From: Chrysomallon squamiferum
Lineage: Eukaryota; Animalia; Mollusca
Direction: 5' to 3'
Length of the DNA stretch: 64,000 nucleotides
NCBI GenBank assembly: GCA_012295275.1
Contig: CM022679.1
Location: forward strand, 25,420,001-25,484,000
Numbering within the stretch: the stretch's first letter is position 1; each line of letters starts with the position of its first letter. The notes below the pieces were generated by a model, which saw nothing but the letters and a program-made list of their open reading frames with translations, was not told where the DNA came from and made no database searches. A program made the translations under genes and the position numbers. Of this stretch, positions 47,447-62,126 are shown piece after piece.

Positions 47447-49164
47447 TGTAATAATAATAATAATAATAATAAAAAAAATTAAAAGTAGAAAAATTAACAA
47501 AAATATAAACTAAAAGCCAAATCACCAGTGAAACTTACAGACTCACAATTTTCTGTGCAATGCATTGCTTCAGATACACTTGGCAATAATGAAGGAACTA
47601 AGGTAATGCCTATTTCTGAAGAAAAATATTTTATAGCTGCACATTAAACTGAATCTTCAATTAAAGCTAAAAAAATGTACAAATGTATAAGCAGTTTAAT
47701 GTTCACTGCATGGTAAAAAAGACTAATTAGGGTTTTAATTAGAGGCATATGGGCAAAATAAATAGATATTTTTTGTTTTTTTAATTTATTATTATCATAA
47801 CATTATTTATTATGAATTATTCTTATAAAATATTTTAATTAAAATGATAAGAAATTAGGTAGATATGGTAAGACTTTTTAAATAATTCAATAAATACCTT
47901 TTTGTAAATATTTTATTGCCTCATCAACATCTGAAGCTGTAACCTGAGATGAACCATCTACTAAGCTTTGTAAAATCATTTCTTGACTGCAGTTAATAAA
48001 AAATAATATACATAAAACAATAAATGAACAAATATTTTAAAATCTAAAATTAGCTTAAATAAGAAAATAATAAACTACAATAATAAATCACACAATTATA
48101 AATAAACATACTCGGGAAGCATGTCTAAATGATATAATAAAAAAATATTTACACTCTGTGTTTCTTTATTATCATTAATCAACATTTAATAAAATTATCT
48201 TTTGCATTTTATAAAACTTTAAAAATAATATTTCTTTTTTACATTAAAAACCCCTATTCCTTAAGTTGATCTTAAATCCTTAATGGTTATTTCTATTAGA
48301 TTTTAAATTTATACCTAACAGTAACTGCTCCATTAAGACCGTTTCTTATGTTGAGATAACTGTTAACTTCATTAATTCCTCTAACACTTTTAATAATGTC
48401 ATCTTCTATGCTGTATTCGTAACTTGTGATACTGGATACTGTTACTCCCAGTGCCTGCAAAAACATATAAATTAATCTGACAGATAATAAATAAATTAAT
48501 CATACAAGTTTCTTGAACAGTTATTTTATTATTTTGTATGTTAAGAGCAGATCTAAATCACAAAATTCTGATTGGATTATTTTACTGTATATGCAATTCA
48601 CCTGGATGAAATCAGAACAGATTCTATCTTTTTCTTCTGTGTAAATAACTAAATATAAGACTTCCAAATGATAAATGAAAGGTTATATTTGCAGTATTTG
48701 CAAAACAATTGGTCATTCTGATTATTAAACAGTATACATAAAAACATACAGGTTCCAAAAATTATAAAAAAAAAAGAAGATGAAAGTACCTTTTCGACAT
48801 GTAACAGTGAAAAACAAGTGTTTTATGAGAATTTTAATAGATTACCTTGTTAGTATTGGAATACTGTCCTGCTATTTCAAGGTTTTTACACTCTGTTTTT
48901 GTCTTGAGAATTCTGGATGGTGTAACTTTAGTGTATTCTACTGAGCATTCTCCTGATGTGTCAATCTATAATTTACATAAACTGAATGAAAGACATTTTG
49001 ATAATTAAAATAGTCTACCTATTCAACAGAATATTTTTTATAAAAGCTATTTTTATATTTATATGTCTCACATAATTTTATTTAGGTGAACTGAAAGACA
49101 GAAAGATAGCAAACAACTTAACAAATGATTATTTGAGAATGAATGGGAATATTGAAGGATGCTG

Positions 49165-49217
<53 letters not shown>

Positions 49218-52200
49218 CACACACACACACTCACACTCACACACACATATATATATATATATGCACACACAGTCACACACACAAACACACAGAATATATA
49301 AAACATACTTTGTTTTATTTTTACTAAACAAATTAACATGAGCAGAATGTTGGATAATGATACGATGAATGTGGACAGATACAGGTGGATGGATGATGAA
49401 TGTATGTGTTGATAAAAAGGTGGATGAATAATTAAATAGAAAGGTAGATGGATTCATTGTTACAACTAATAAATCACCCAAATATATTTTTTAATTCATT
49501 AAGTATTATTATTTTTTTTTTTACCTCTGTTCTATTCTCAGATTCATCTTGAACTTGGAATAAGGAAATTATTCCTTTCTTAATATTTGAACAAAATGCT
49601 GGATCTGAGTGTGGAATAAATATTGTTCCAACAGAATTTTTTTGTAACTGAAAGTATACTGGATACTTAAGTAATGACTGAAGTGTTTTTTCTCTATCTT
49701 CTTTAGATGCACTCCTTACTTTGGCAGTTTTCAGCTAAGAAAAAAGAAGAAAAATAAAGATTATACAGATATATATTTATATATGTATGCATACATATCT
49801 ATATGAGTGTGTGTGTGTGTGTGTGTGATAATAAAACTTAAGTTAGTTCTGAAGATTCAAGTTGAACTCATTTTCATACTTATTTATGTGAAAGATTCAG
49901 TAAAATTAAAAAAAATAAAATTTTATTTATCCTACTCTCTGTTAATTACAACAATTTTGACTATACATTTTTATGACAACAATAAAATAACAACATCATC
50001 TGGATGAATAGTCATAAACATTTTTCCTTGTATTAAGGTGTCATGCGGTACACAGAAATATAAAAACCATGACAGACTGAGTAAATAATTTGCCATGTCA
50101 TACTAGACCATCAAAAATATTATTTTCCCAAAAAATACAAATAGGTCATTTATACACATTAAACATTCATCTTATTTTCAAGTATATACTGATTATAAAA
50201 ATAAATAAAAACAAAACTTTCTTCAGTGTTAATAATTTTTGTTTATCATAAATTGTAAGTGTAAGTAAAAATCTTTTTCTTGAGCTGTTGAATTTATTAT
50301 ATTTTCTAAAAATTAATATGGTTATCTGTAGAATTAATTTTTTCCTTTTGTTTTCTTTTTTTTAACCAAAATTTAAAAGAAATAAATGTGATAAAAAAAT
50401 CATACCTTAAGCTTCAATAGCTGAGAATCTGTGTCTTGGTAAATAGGTGACACTTCAACATCAAGGGTAATATGTAAACCTGCATCTTTTTGTGCATTTG
50501 TCAATCTTTGGCTACCCTTATCATTAAACAATACTGATGTTGAGTATGTGTAAGTGTAAATTTTTCCATTTTGGAATTTCAGTGCTGAACCTGTACAGAC
50601 AACAAGAATACACATAAATTACATATAATAAGTTTTTAAAGAGCCTTGCATATTATTTATAAACAGGTTTGAAAAATATATAAATAAAATTCAAAGACAA
50701 AACTTCTTATTCATATAATTAGTAAAGTAACTTTTCTGATACAATTTCAGGGAAAAAAAAAAAGATTTATTTTTAGCGCACAGTGCTGTTTTTCAGTTAA
50801 TAGGATATTTTTGTCTTTTTGAAGACATTTAAAAAAAAATTAGTTCTATAAATTTACTCTTTGAAGACTGTCTACTATTTTAATATTATTTTTTATTTTA
50901 TTTATTTATTTATATATTTATTCTTTCTTTTTTTTTTTTTTTTTAAATATTGAAAGAGTCTGAACATAAAATTCAGAATTTTATGTAATGAATGTTTCCA
51001 AATCTAAAGTTTCCACCAAATGTACAACTAATGTATTTTCAACAAACTTGATAATTCAAAAAAGTATCAGCTAAGTCTGATTAATGTTTTTCTCAACTTA
51101 TTTAACTGTAAATTATATAATGACATTAAACAAATAATGAACTTCATCATTTTATTATTATTGTCATTTTTCATATGCAATGCATGACTGAGAACTGTTG
51201 TATTTTTTGTAGTTGTTATTACAAATTAAAACATCATTTTTAGTTCTTATTTTTTTTTATTTTTTTTTTAATGAATATATATCTTTTAGTTGTTAAGACA
51301 AAAATGTACTTCATTATAATTATTTTATTGTTGGTAATGGGGTGTTTTTACATGCTACTGATTTATGAAGGAATAAGAGAGAATGAATGTCCTAGATTAT
51401 CTAGGGAAGTACTCTTCAAGTGGGCACATATTACAATTGTTATCACAAATGATGTCAGTGTTTACAGGTCAAATATCACAATAACTGTGCATGTTCATAC
51501 ATAACAAAACTGATTGACTCAGTTCAAGATAACAAAGCAATGATGCAGAAGACATGAGTACCCTTTGTTTCTTAGTAAAGTTTTTCAGGATAGTTTAAAA
51601 GAGCTTTCTATGACTAAAAAAAAAAGAAGAAAAATGGAAACGAATACAAAGAAAGGAATTCAATGATATTAACTTTATAATTTCCATTTATTATTAAAAT
51701 AAAGGCACACATATATCAGTGGAAAAAAATTTCAGAATAATTTTGATCACTGTTTATTTTTGTTATTGCTTGTCTTAGTTTCTTAATAATATTTAGTTCT
51801 GTTCTTATTAAGTATAAGAATAAATTGACTAAAAAATAAAAAATAAAAAATCTTTCATTAGCAGTCAAGTGCAGCATTACAGCATCTATGTAATTTATAA
51901 CTTTAGTTTACTCTTTTATGAAAGGGATGGGGGATGGTTTAACAGCATTTTCATTATTGGAATCTTATAATTAACTGAAATTTATACATTTAACAAAATT
52001 AACAAACTGATCACTTTATAAACATCTACCAGTACCAAAATATTACTTTTTAATTAGGAATTCTAACTTGACCAGAATTAAGTACTTATTCTTTGGCATT
52101 AGACAAGGTTTAATTTTCATTGTAAAAGAATTATTACACAATACAAATGCATACCATTCTGTCGGCCTGAAAATACTTACAATGGTAAAAGAAACACGCC

Positions 52201-52241
52201 AACGACACCAAAGCGGCAACTGCGCAAGATAGTTTCCCCAT
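40636..52241 (-). CDS. MTTP: Microsomal triglyceride transfer protein large subunit, 890 aa, 18 coding exons
   Basis: Minus-strand exons: 52181-52241 (signal peptide MGKLSCAVAALVSLACFF), 50406-50590, 49525-49734, 48846-48965, 48315-48454, 47898-47986, 47539-47615, 46981-47141, 46252-46420, 45728-45838, 45099-45314, 44481-44695, 43966-44063, 43344-43465, 42427-42651, 41823-41977, 41117-41287, 40636-40783. All junctions are GT-AG and phase-consistent, 2673 nt in total. Large lipid transfer/MTTP motifs: YTYTYST, NIKKGIISLFQ, EIDTSGEC, PQLIDIAAATQT, YLRALGNAGLP, SISLWNRN, LCLQM. Confidence 0.96.
44236..44285. repeat. 50-bp dispersed repeat, copy 2 (MTTP intron 12)
   Basis: Identical to 40316-40365, same orientation. 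Confidence 0.9.
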
Positions 52242-52842
52242 GGCTGCTGGATGCTGAAGTTAATGTCCCAGTTTTCAAAGTGGAAAACACATGGCCAAAG
52301 TTCACAACGGAATACGCGATTCAACAGCAACGACAGATACGTAAACCTTGTCCCTTGATTAAGCAGATTAAAATCATGGAGGGGGGTAAACAGTCATTCT
52401 TTTGCAATCAGTGTTATCTTTAGGCAAACTGACATTACGGAAACCTTTGAACGGGATTTCCTGCAATAATGCAATGACATGAACACATTCATATTCTTAT
52501 TGTTTTTATTGACGAAAATTGTAGTTTTTGAGGGATATTGAATTTTTTCATAATCTTGTGTTAATAAATAAAGGAAGAAATAGAGGTTAAAAGAATAAAT
52601 AAATTAAAAAGAAAAAGAAATATATATATATGTTATCTTTTATAATCTTTTTTTCATCTGAAGCATCAATAGTTTGTTAGCAGACGACATCACGTTCTCA
52701 GTGGCGTAAAATCTCGCGATAACAAACATGTCTGCCTCCATCGTTTCTCGTGAATTTCTGGAGATGTTCTTTCTTATATAGGTTAAATATAGAGAAAATA
52801 TATATATTTTAAAACTTTTTGTGAGAATATTAATATTACGCT
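52242..52842. promoter_or_regulatory. Bidirectional promoter region between MTTP and TRMT10A
   Basis: Divergent ATGs lie 601 bp apart, CpGs are locally retained, and TCTCGCGATA (52712-52721) resembles the palindromic TCTCGCGAGA promoter element. Confidence 0.7.
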
Positions 52843-54023
52843 ATGGAATCAACACTGGAAAAGATAGAAACGATTTCTGACAAATCCGAATTCGACACAA
52901 AAATAGAAAATAAAATGGAGAGCGTCACAAGTGAAAATTGCAGTAAAATGAGTAATGACCAGGAAATGCACGAAGAACAGATACTTAAAGATTCTAGTCA
53001 AAACATGTTATCCAAAAATCAGCTGAAAAGACAACGAAAACATGAACGGTGGCTTCAAATTAAAGCACAAAAAAGGTAATTTCAAATCTAACAATTATTA
53101 ATCAGACACTACTCTGGGCTATTAATAATTTAAAATTAACAGAAGACTATCTATAATCTAGTGAATAGAAATAATAAAATTATTATAAATAAAAAATACA
53201 TGAAATTTTCATTAAATTAATTTAACTAATGGTTATGATTAACTTTATGTGTATGTTTCTTCTTACACACATATAGACACAAAATTAAATCAGTTTTACA
53301 ATAAATGAATAATCATTATAATCATAATGGCATCCATTTCATGGCATGTTTTAAATCCATTTCTATTTTAAAATAGCTTGTGACATTTGTACTTACAATT
53401 ACTGTAATCATTTCGAGACTAGGTTTTCTATTTAAAAAAAAAATAATACTAATACTAACAACAAACATATTTATTTATGGAAAAATTTATTTGAAACTTA
53501 ATTGTTGATCTATGCATGTAAGTATCAGTATTCATATGCTTACATATATATATACAGAAAAGAAGAAAAAATTAAGAAGAAGAAAAAGTTTGCTGAAGCA
53601 CGTGAGAAAGGATTATTAAATGGACCAACAAGGAAAAGTTTGAAGAAAAACTGTATGAAACATTCTAGCTGCAAGATTAAAGTAGCCTTGGACTGTTCAT
53701 TTGACAGTTATATGACTCCAAAGGTTGATTATTTTTTAAATATATGTCTGTCTGTCAGTATGTCTGTCCGTCTGTCCATATATATAGTTTTGGTGATAGG
53801 TCATAATTGTAATGACTTCGATTAAAATAATGTAGGTGAGATCACACCTAGCAAAAGTTTAATAGTATCACCATCAACATTGTCATGGACAGATTAATTT
53901 TTGATGTCTAATTTTGTATATATCAATTAATGAAAATTAATAGTATCTTTTCACATGACATTCATTTAATTTAACTCAGACCTTCTGAACCTGTCTCTTA
54001 ATATTACAGTTTGGCTGTTTCAT

Positions 54024-54067
<44 letters not shown>

Positions 54068-56764
54068 GACATAAATGTTTCTAAAAAACTTCTGGCAGTG
54101 AATCAATTTATATTACAGGATACTATACACCTTGTTCAGCAAATACAGCACAGTTACTCAGCAAACCGGAGAGCTGAAAACCCTTTACAGGTATTTATTC
54201 ATTTTTTTATAACATAAATACATTAAAAAAAAGAAGAAGAAGAAAAGTTAACTTTGTGATTGCAACAGAATTAGAAAATGCAATGAAATCAGAAAACTTG
54301 AACTGTATAATACTCTGATAAGAGTACTCCCAGATAAAAAAATGAAAATAAATTACAATTATGTTGTTTAAATTTTTTTTTTGAACAGTAATGTCTGCAG
54401 TAGTGTCTTGTCAATTCTTAGTGAAATACCTTGTCCACAAAAATAGCAATCAACAACATAATATTAATATTATTATATATTCTATTTTAAGCAGTGGATC
54501 AAGGAGTTTTATGTTCAAAGCCACTTGAATGTTAAGTAACAAAAGTTAAAATGTATAATTTTTTATATTTCTTTTATTAAATATGCCTTCTAAAATTCTC
54601 TGCCTGTCACATATTTCTCCTTTAAATTGGTTGTCTTCTAGCATAGTCTTGAAAATCCCTTGGATCATATAATCTTAGAATAGTGTTGTTTTATTTTCAG
54701 TTCTATGTGTGTGGTGTTGATGGCAAAACTAAACAGAGACTTGAAGACATTGGTGATTACAGAGGTTGGGATGTAGGTAATTTAAAATATGAAATTCTTG
54801 GATAGTGTTCTGTAACTGCAACCAGCACAATCAAACTGTTTTTATGTTTATTTCTGTCTACATTTATGGACACATTTTTCTGTTGGTGTTTCGGGATCTA
54901 AGATTGTGCAACTTTTACATTTTGTTAGACTTATGTTCTAAAACATTTAAGTTATTTATTATTTGCAGTTATTTGTCTCTGAACTAAAACCTTTTCCATA
55001 TTTCTATTAATTAAGTAGTGTTTGCATTTAATGGTGGGAAAAAAAACTCAGTCTTTTATATTAATTTATACTGTAAAACGTTTTTGATGTGTGTGTGTGT
55101 GTGTATAAATATATTTTTACACATACACAGTCTCACACACACACATAAGCACATATATCGACTTGATATATATATTTGACATTTTGTTTTCAGGTATATA
55201 TGGAAGATAGACATTATTTAGATGCATTTGACAAAGACAGCATTGTTTATCTATCCAGTGAATCCCCAAATGTTTTGAAAAAACTAGAAGAAGACAAAGT
55301 TTATGTCATAGGAGGACTTGTAGATCATAATCATTACAAGGTGATATTTTAAATTATGTTTCTTTTTTTCTTAATGACAGCATAATGTAATAAACAGCTT
55401 AACATTTATTAATTGTTCATAACTGGTTACAAGGTGTCTAAACATTTTATTTTTTAAATATGGGCTGCAAGCTTATTTATATGCATACTTCTAAACAAAA
55501 TTTATTTTTATGCACATTTTTAAATATATTTATATATATATTAAATTTTATATTCATACATACATAATTACAAAACAAATATTTTAATTTATAATCTTAA
55601 ATTTTGGAATACAATAATTTGGTCTATATAAATTATATTTACCTCTAATTAAACTTTTTACAGTTATTTCCTGATAGTTGTGAATATATACACATACATT
55701 CTACAGCATTTTAAGTTTTTATCTTATTTTTTTCTTATTTAGGGTCTCTGTCATAATTTAGCTGAAGAGAAGGGAGTGCAGCATGCCCAACTTCCAATAG
55801 GAGAATACATCGAGATGAAATCTAGAAAAGTCCTAACAATCAACCATGGTTTTTTTTTTTTTTAAATTGTCATAGATATTTTCTTTTTTATGTCTAATTT
55901 GTATTTAAGAAATTGTCTTAAAAGTACTTTTGATCTTTAATATTTCTGGTATGTTGCCAAGTTTTAGTTTTTAAGTATATTCATAAAATATTTATCAAAA
56001 CTATTTCAGTGAAGAGTTAAATAAATATATGATAATTATTTTATTATCAGTGTAGATTTTTTATCATGAGATTTAACAATATATTGTAAGATAAACTGAT
56101 GTCACAATATCTTAAATCATGTAAGTTAAACTTAACAAAAATTTTAATAATTTCCCATAAACATTTAAAAAACATTTTGAAAAAAAATGTATTATCATAA
56201 TCGTCAGCCGTATTTTAATAATTTTATCTTGGAAGTCGTTAATTTTTTAAAATTGTTATTATTTAAAATATTTTTTTTATTACTGGTATTGCTCTGTGAT
56301 TAGATTAATTTTGATGTTTAAAAATGAGATTTTTAATCACTTAAATATATATATATTTTTTTCCCTCAGTATTTGAAATTTTGCTGAAGTACACTGAATC
56401 AGGAGACTGGAAGTCTGCCTTCTTCCAAGTCTTGCCTCCAAGAAAAGGAATCTCAGTGCGTGAAACAAGACAGGATGAACATGAAGAAACCAAAACATTA
56501 CCTGATCAGAATACAGAATCTCAACATCTTTTGAGTGACCTATCAGAGAAAAACCCAGATTGTTCTGAAGATGATAAAACAATGTCCGATTCAAAAAGTA
56601 AAAAATGTAAAGAACTCTCCTCTGATGGTGTGCAGAATATTAGTCTAGAGGAGATGAAGAAAGATGATGAGGTTTCTTCTACAGACATTGTTAAAGATTC
56701 ATCAGAAAATGTTTTGTCAGATGACTGTAAAGAATTTAGGAACAATCAAAACAAACAGAGCTAA
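52843..56764 (+). CDS. TRMT10A: tRNA m1G9 methyltransferase Trm10 homolog A (SPOUT family), 396 aa, 7 exons
   Basis: Exons 52843-53075, 53558-53723, 54119-54190, 54701-54772, 55194-55340, 55743-55848 and 56370-56764 are phase-consistent (1191 nt). Motifs: LSKNQLKR, LDCSFDSYM, QIQHSYSANRRAENPLQ, IVYLSSESPNVL, YVIGGLVDHNH, AQLPIGEYIEM, RKVLTINHVFEILL, WKSAFFQVLPPRKG. Confidence 0.96.
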
Positions 56765-58183
56765 TACAATATTTTGTAATAAAAGAATAATGTTTTAATC
56801 ATACAGAATGTATTGCTGTGACATTTTTTTTATCTATGTAGATTTTCAGATTTATCGATCCGATTTCTCTTTCAACCAGAGAATCATCATGTGCACAATC
56901 ACATGTGCCTCATAGTATCAGATGCATGGGTCACACTAGCTTACCGGCTGCACATGTACATACCCATAAAATATTTATTCAGTCTTGAAAATTCTACTAG
57001 CAAAGTTCTTCCAGTTGTAAGTTACACACAGATATACAAAGGCATGTATATAATTTGCATATATACACAAAAACACCTACAGATATACACACATGTATAT
57101 AACATATACATATATACATATATACATATACATACATATATATATATATATGCATACACATACATATATATGTATATGAAACAAAAATGAATACTAAAAC
57201 AACTAAATAATTTAAAATAATGAAATTGGAATGTAATATTTAATTTCATTTCTTTAATGTATAACAATTTTTGTGTAATCCAGATAGCATATTTATTTAA
57301 GCTGTTGGTTCGTGAAAAAAAAAAAATTAAAAATAAATAAACTTTAAAAATGTAGATGTCAGAACATTTTCGTGGAATACAAGTTAGGAAATTATGTCTT
57401 CTTTTGTCGCGGATATAGAATGTGTTAATTGATGCATAGAGAGATAAATGTCAGATTAAATTCAAAGATGACAATTTCTAAGAATGTTATTTTTGTATCA
57501 ATTGCTAAAGTTGAAAATCACTTACGATCAAATTGAAATTATGTTTTATCCACGCGTGCCTTTACGTGCATAATAAGCCATATCGAGCTGTCCAAGTTAT
57601 GGTCTTAAATGTATTTTAAGAGAAACAAAAGGGTTTTACAACAAATTACATTCATGCACTGAAGGAATAAAACGTTTACATATGTACAAAAATCTACAAA
57701 ATGTTCTTAATTGATAATCAAGTCAAAATGCCATTCAGAGAATATTAATTTAATTTTATTTTTTTTTAAATTTTCTATCAGCGTTTTACAGACATTGACA
57801 CCAGACATCTGTTGCCTTGGAAACCAGTATATGTGTCTGCTCGTAGAGAGTGACAAAAAAATGAAACAGCAGAACGCAATCAGAAGGTACATCTTGATTA
57901 GTTTTAGCCAGCTGTTATACGAGTTCACACGCTGCCAGAAACAGCCGTGTTGTCAACACACGTTGTCTCCTGTGCAGGTTTCCATGCTGGCAGTTAAAAC
58001 AACACACACGTGAAATTATACCTATTTCATATCGTCATACATGCAGTCGCATGCATGTGCACTTAAGTCATTTCTTTGGTATATAATTAAACATCGTATC
58101 CCATATAAAACAATATGTCATTGTCAGTATTAAAAATGGCGGTAAATGTTTTTAAATACCGTAACGAGTAAATGATGATGATG

Positions 58184-58230
<47 letters not shown>

Positions 58231-58306
58231 CTGAAATAAATAAATAAATGGGCAAAGAAAGAAAGAAAGAAAATAAATTAAAAACATGCTGTTTATTATT
58301 AAGCAT

Positions 58307-58337
<31 letters not shown>

Positions 58338-59606
58338 TTATGTTACAAAATAATACTGGTGCACACACATCACACATTAGCATGAATACATTAATGAATT
58401 TTGTTATGACAAAACAGTCTACAAAAAAAAGAAAAGAAGTTATTATTACCGCTATCATTAATATTATTGCACCAAATAGATTATATAAATATACATCTAT
58501 AGGTCAATATTTCGTTTATATTGTTTATAAAAATAATGACACTCGCAGAAGAATTAGTAAAAATAGTTTTTAAATAAATACATGTTTATCGACGCTTTGT
58601 TAGATAAAATAAATTAAGATGAAAAGGTTTTTTAAAAAGAAGCATTATTCAGCCGTTAAAATAACAATGAAAATACAAACATTTAACATAAAAGATATTT
58701 ACAAATAAATGAAAATAAAATTAATATATATACACTGTACAATTGTTGGAATAAATATTAAGTATAAAATTATAAACAAAGCAAATACTGGTAATTTTTT
58801 ATCTATCTATATATAAACCACTTAAATATTATCACATACAGCTCTGTAAGGTTTTTGAAAATAATACTGCATGTATTAAGGTGTATGAGCAAAATGGCGA
58901 CGAGGCGTGACCGTGTGTTTCAGGGAGTTGACTGCCATGGCAAATTCAGGCAAAACAGGGGAGACAATTTGGCTAAAGCTAAAAGAAATTAATACTTCTG
59001 TCTCTATCTGTTTAAAATCAACCGCTTTGCCCCCGTCAGGGTACGTATACGATCTTTTATTCACACCGATCATCAAAAGGATTTCGATACTATACTAACA
59101 CGAACTAGAAGTAATAGTATGAATCTTTTAACGAGAGAGACAGAGAAAGAGAGGGTGATTTCTAAAAAAAAAGAAAAAAAAAAGAAAACAACGTCGATAA
59201 GGAGTGATAAAGAGATAGAGATTATCCATTCTGCAACGTACATGATAAGTTACAAGACGATTATTTTGATTAAAAAAAAAATGATTTGGAGATTTATTAA
59301 ATTTAAGCATGATGACAATAAGTAAAAGCTGATATCTTACTGGTTATCATTACGGATACATCTATAAATTACTCAGGACATCGGAAAAATATTTCATCAT
59401 CATCATAATAATAAGGGGAAATGACTTGAACGAAAATATTCCTAACTAAAATTTTGCAGTTAAGATTTTATTTTTTTTCTCAATAAATAAAAAATAAAAT
59501 CATTGATTAAAAACGTTTCGTTCTTCCTTTTTTTGTTTTGCTTGTGGCTAAAGGAATGTCTTTTGTCCTGTACGTTATTCTGTTATTTATTATTAGTTTT
59601 CTTCTA

Positions 59607-60774
59607 TTAAAATGTGTTCATGTTGACTGACTGGTTCTGTTGCCATACTGAATCCTGCAGGCTAATATCTCTCAACGGGGATTTCGTGTACTTCAGTCGA
59701 ACGTCGGCAGTTCCAGGGGGAGATAACTCGCCTCTTTGCGGAGGTCTCGAAGCTTGGGTAGGTGGTCTTTTAACGTCTGTCTTGAAAACTGTGTTAGAAG
59801 GCGGTTCTATGTTAAACTCTGTAAATAAATAAAATAAAATAAAATAAATGAATGAAATAATAAATAAATAAATAAATAAATAAAAGGATGAAAAAATTCA
59901 TCGTTTGATCTTACATATTTCTAAATCGAACCCCGGTTTCAAATTCCCTGAGGAAAAACAAATAAACAATATAAATATATAAAAACAACAACAACCAAAA
60001 AAACCCCACAAAGCTCGTATAAAATATCCACAGGTTATAAAATGAGTAATGGAAACTTACCATCGTCTTCAATCATTGGTTTTGGTGTGTTCTGTTTCAT
60101 GGGAATCTGCGGCTGTGAAGGAGGCGGAACAGGAATCGCAGGGTCTAAAGTTTCAGGCTGTCTGTTTACTAACTCATCCAGGACTAGTCTGAGACACAGA
60201 AAAAATTATATATATATAATGTCTGTCTTACTACTTATTTATAAAATATGTGTATGGGTGTTAGTGTGTTAGAATACGATATAGAAAAATATATAACAGC
60301 AAAAAAAAAATCTCACTTTCTTATTATTAATATTTATTTAATATCTGTTCGAGTGCTTGTGTTTTAGTAGTATACGATATAGAAAAAGTATATGACAGTA
60401 AAAACCTATCTCTAATACTACTTATTAAAATTTATTTAATATGTGTTTGTGTTTCCGTGTGCTAGTCTACATCATAGAAAAAAATATATAATATTAAGAA
60501 ATTCTTTTACTGCCTATTAAAACGTGTATTTATTTAATTCTTATATTTTGTTTTGTGCTAATGTATTAACCTGGGAATGGATTGCACTTGCGCCCTATTC
60601 TTTCTAATTCCTTACTATTTATAATATTTATTCACGTGTGTAAAAGTGTTTGTGTATTGAAGTTTGAGATATGATAGATCTGTGCTCATCAACTCTGTTT
60701 TATATATTTTCCAATTTGTTGTTATAAAATAAAAATAAAATAAAACAAGAGCATTTTTTAACTCTGTTGGTTTT

Positions 60775-60806
<32 letters not shown>

Positions 60807-61978
60807 TGAACGTTCTAAGGTGTCGCAAAAACATCTTCATTATTTCTCATTCCTACAACGTCAAAAAGACGATGACGTTACCTGTCTTGTATTCTGCTGC
60901 CGATGCTTTCTGTGTCGTCCGCCCTACCGTTCATCTGTGGACGTCGCTCAGTGATGGGTGGCAGTTTGGTTGTCCTGTCTTCTATGTACTCGGCTGGGTA
61001 CTGTTTGTAGTACTCCTCTCGTCCAGACATGGCAGCTTTTATCAGATCCTGAACTATAGCTTTTTCTGAAAGTGATACAGCACAGAGATTTTAATTTTAA
61101 AAAACCCAACAACACACACAAATGAAAAAACAACAACAACAAAAAATAAATTAACCAAAAAAACCCTAACAAACCCCCAAAAACAACAAAAAAACAACAA
61201 CAACAACAAATTAATAAATAAAAAAATAAAACAAAATAAACGATATAAAAAAATACTGAGAAACATACAAACAAAAACACACCGCAGCAATTTCAGGAAA
61301 ACAATATTTGCATGAACGCACGCATAAACAACAACAACAACCACTACAAAAACATATTAAAAATCAAGAAAACAAACAAGGACACTCCCACAAACCTTTC
61401 GCAAAGACATTCCAAAACAGAAAAACAGGCTATACTAAATGCGCGAACGCGCCTTTATAGCAACTATTTCATATTCTATATGTTATATTTTCTGCATATT
61501 CTTTACTTACGAATATGTGAATAAGAAAAAAGCTGTATAAATAAATTCTGTCTTAAGAAAAATACACGTACCACTGGGAGGGGCGGAACAGAGCCACGCC
61601 TGAACAGCATTCACATCCTCGGTCTGCAGAATCTGACACAGCATCGTGAACACCTGAAACGATGATATAAAACAATCCACATGAGATCTATCCTCCTCAT
61701 TAAAATATATTTATTAATTTATATGACTTCATGTTTAAAATATATTTATTAATTTTTATGACGTTATTTTTCAAATTGCAAAAGAAGAAACCAGTACAGA
61801 TGACAAAAAAAAAAAAAAAGAGTATGCAAAATGTTTTTATAAGTAAATGATCACCAGAAAATTATGAATCGAGTCAATAAAATGATTGTCAACTCATTTT
61901 TACAAATGTAATTTATTTAATTTATTATTGTTATTGTTATGACTATTGTTGTTGCTGTGATTTATTATTATTATTATT

Positions 61979-62026
<48 letters not shown>

Positions 62027-62095
62027 GGTTGTGGTGGTGGTGGTGGTGTGATGATGATGGCGTGTTATTGGTGTTTTTATTTATTCCTTTTTTTT

Positions 62096-62126
<31 letters not shown>

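Noticed and set aside
58876-59076. 66-aa minus-strand ORF as an independent gene
   Set aside because: No recognisable homology. It is more likely 3'UTR or an alternative last exon of the SPATIAL gene.
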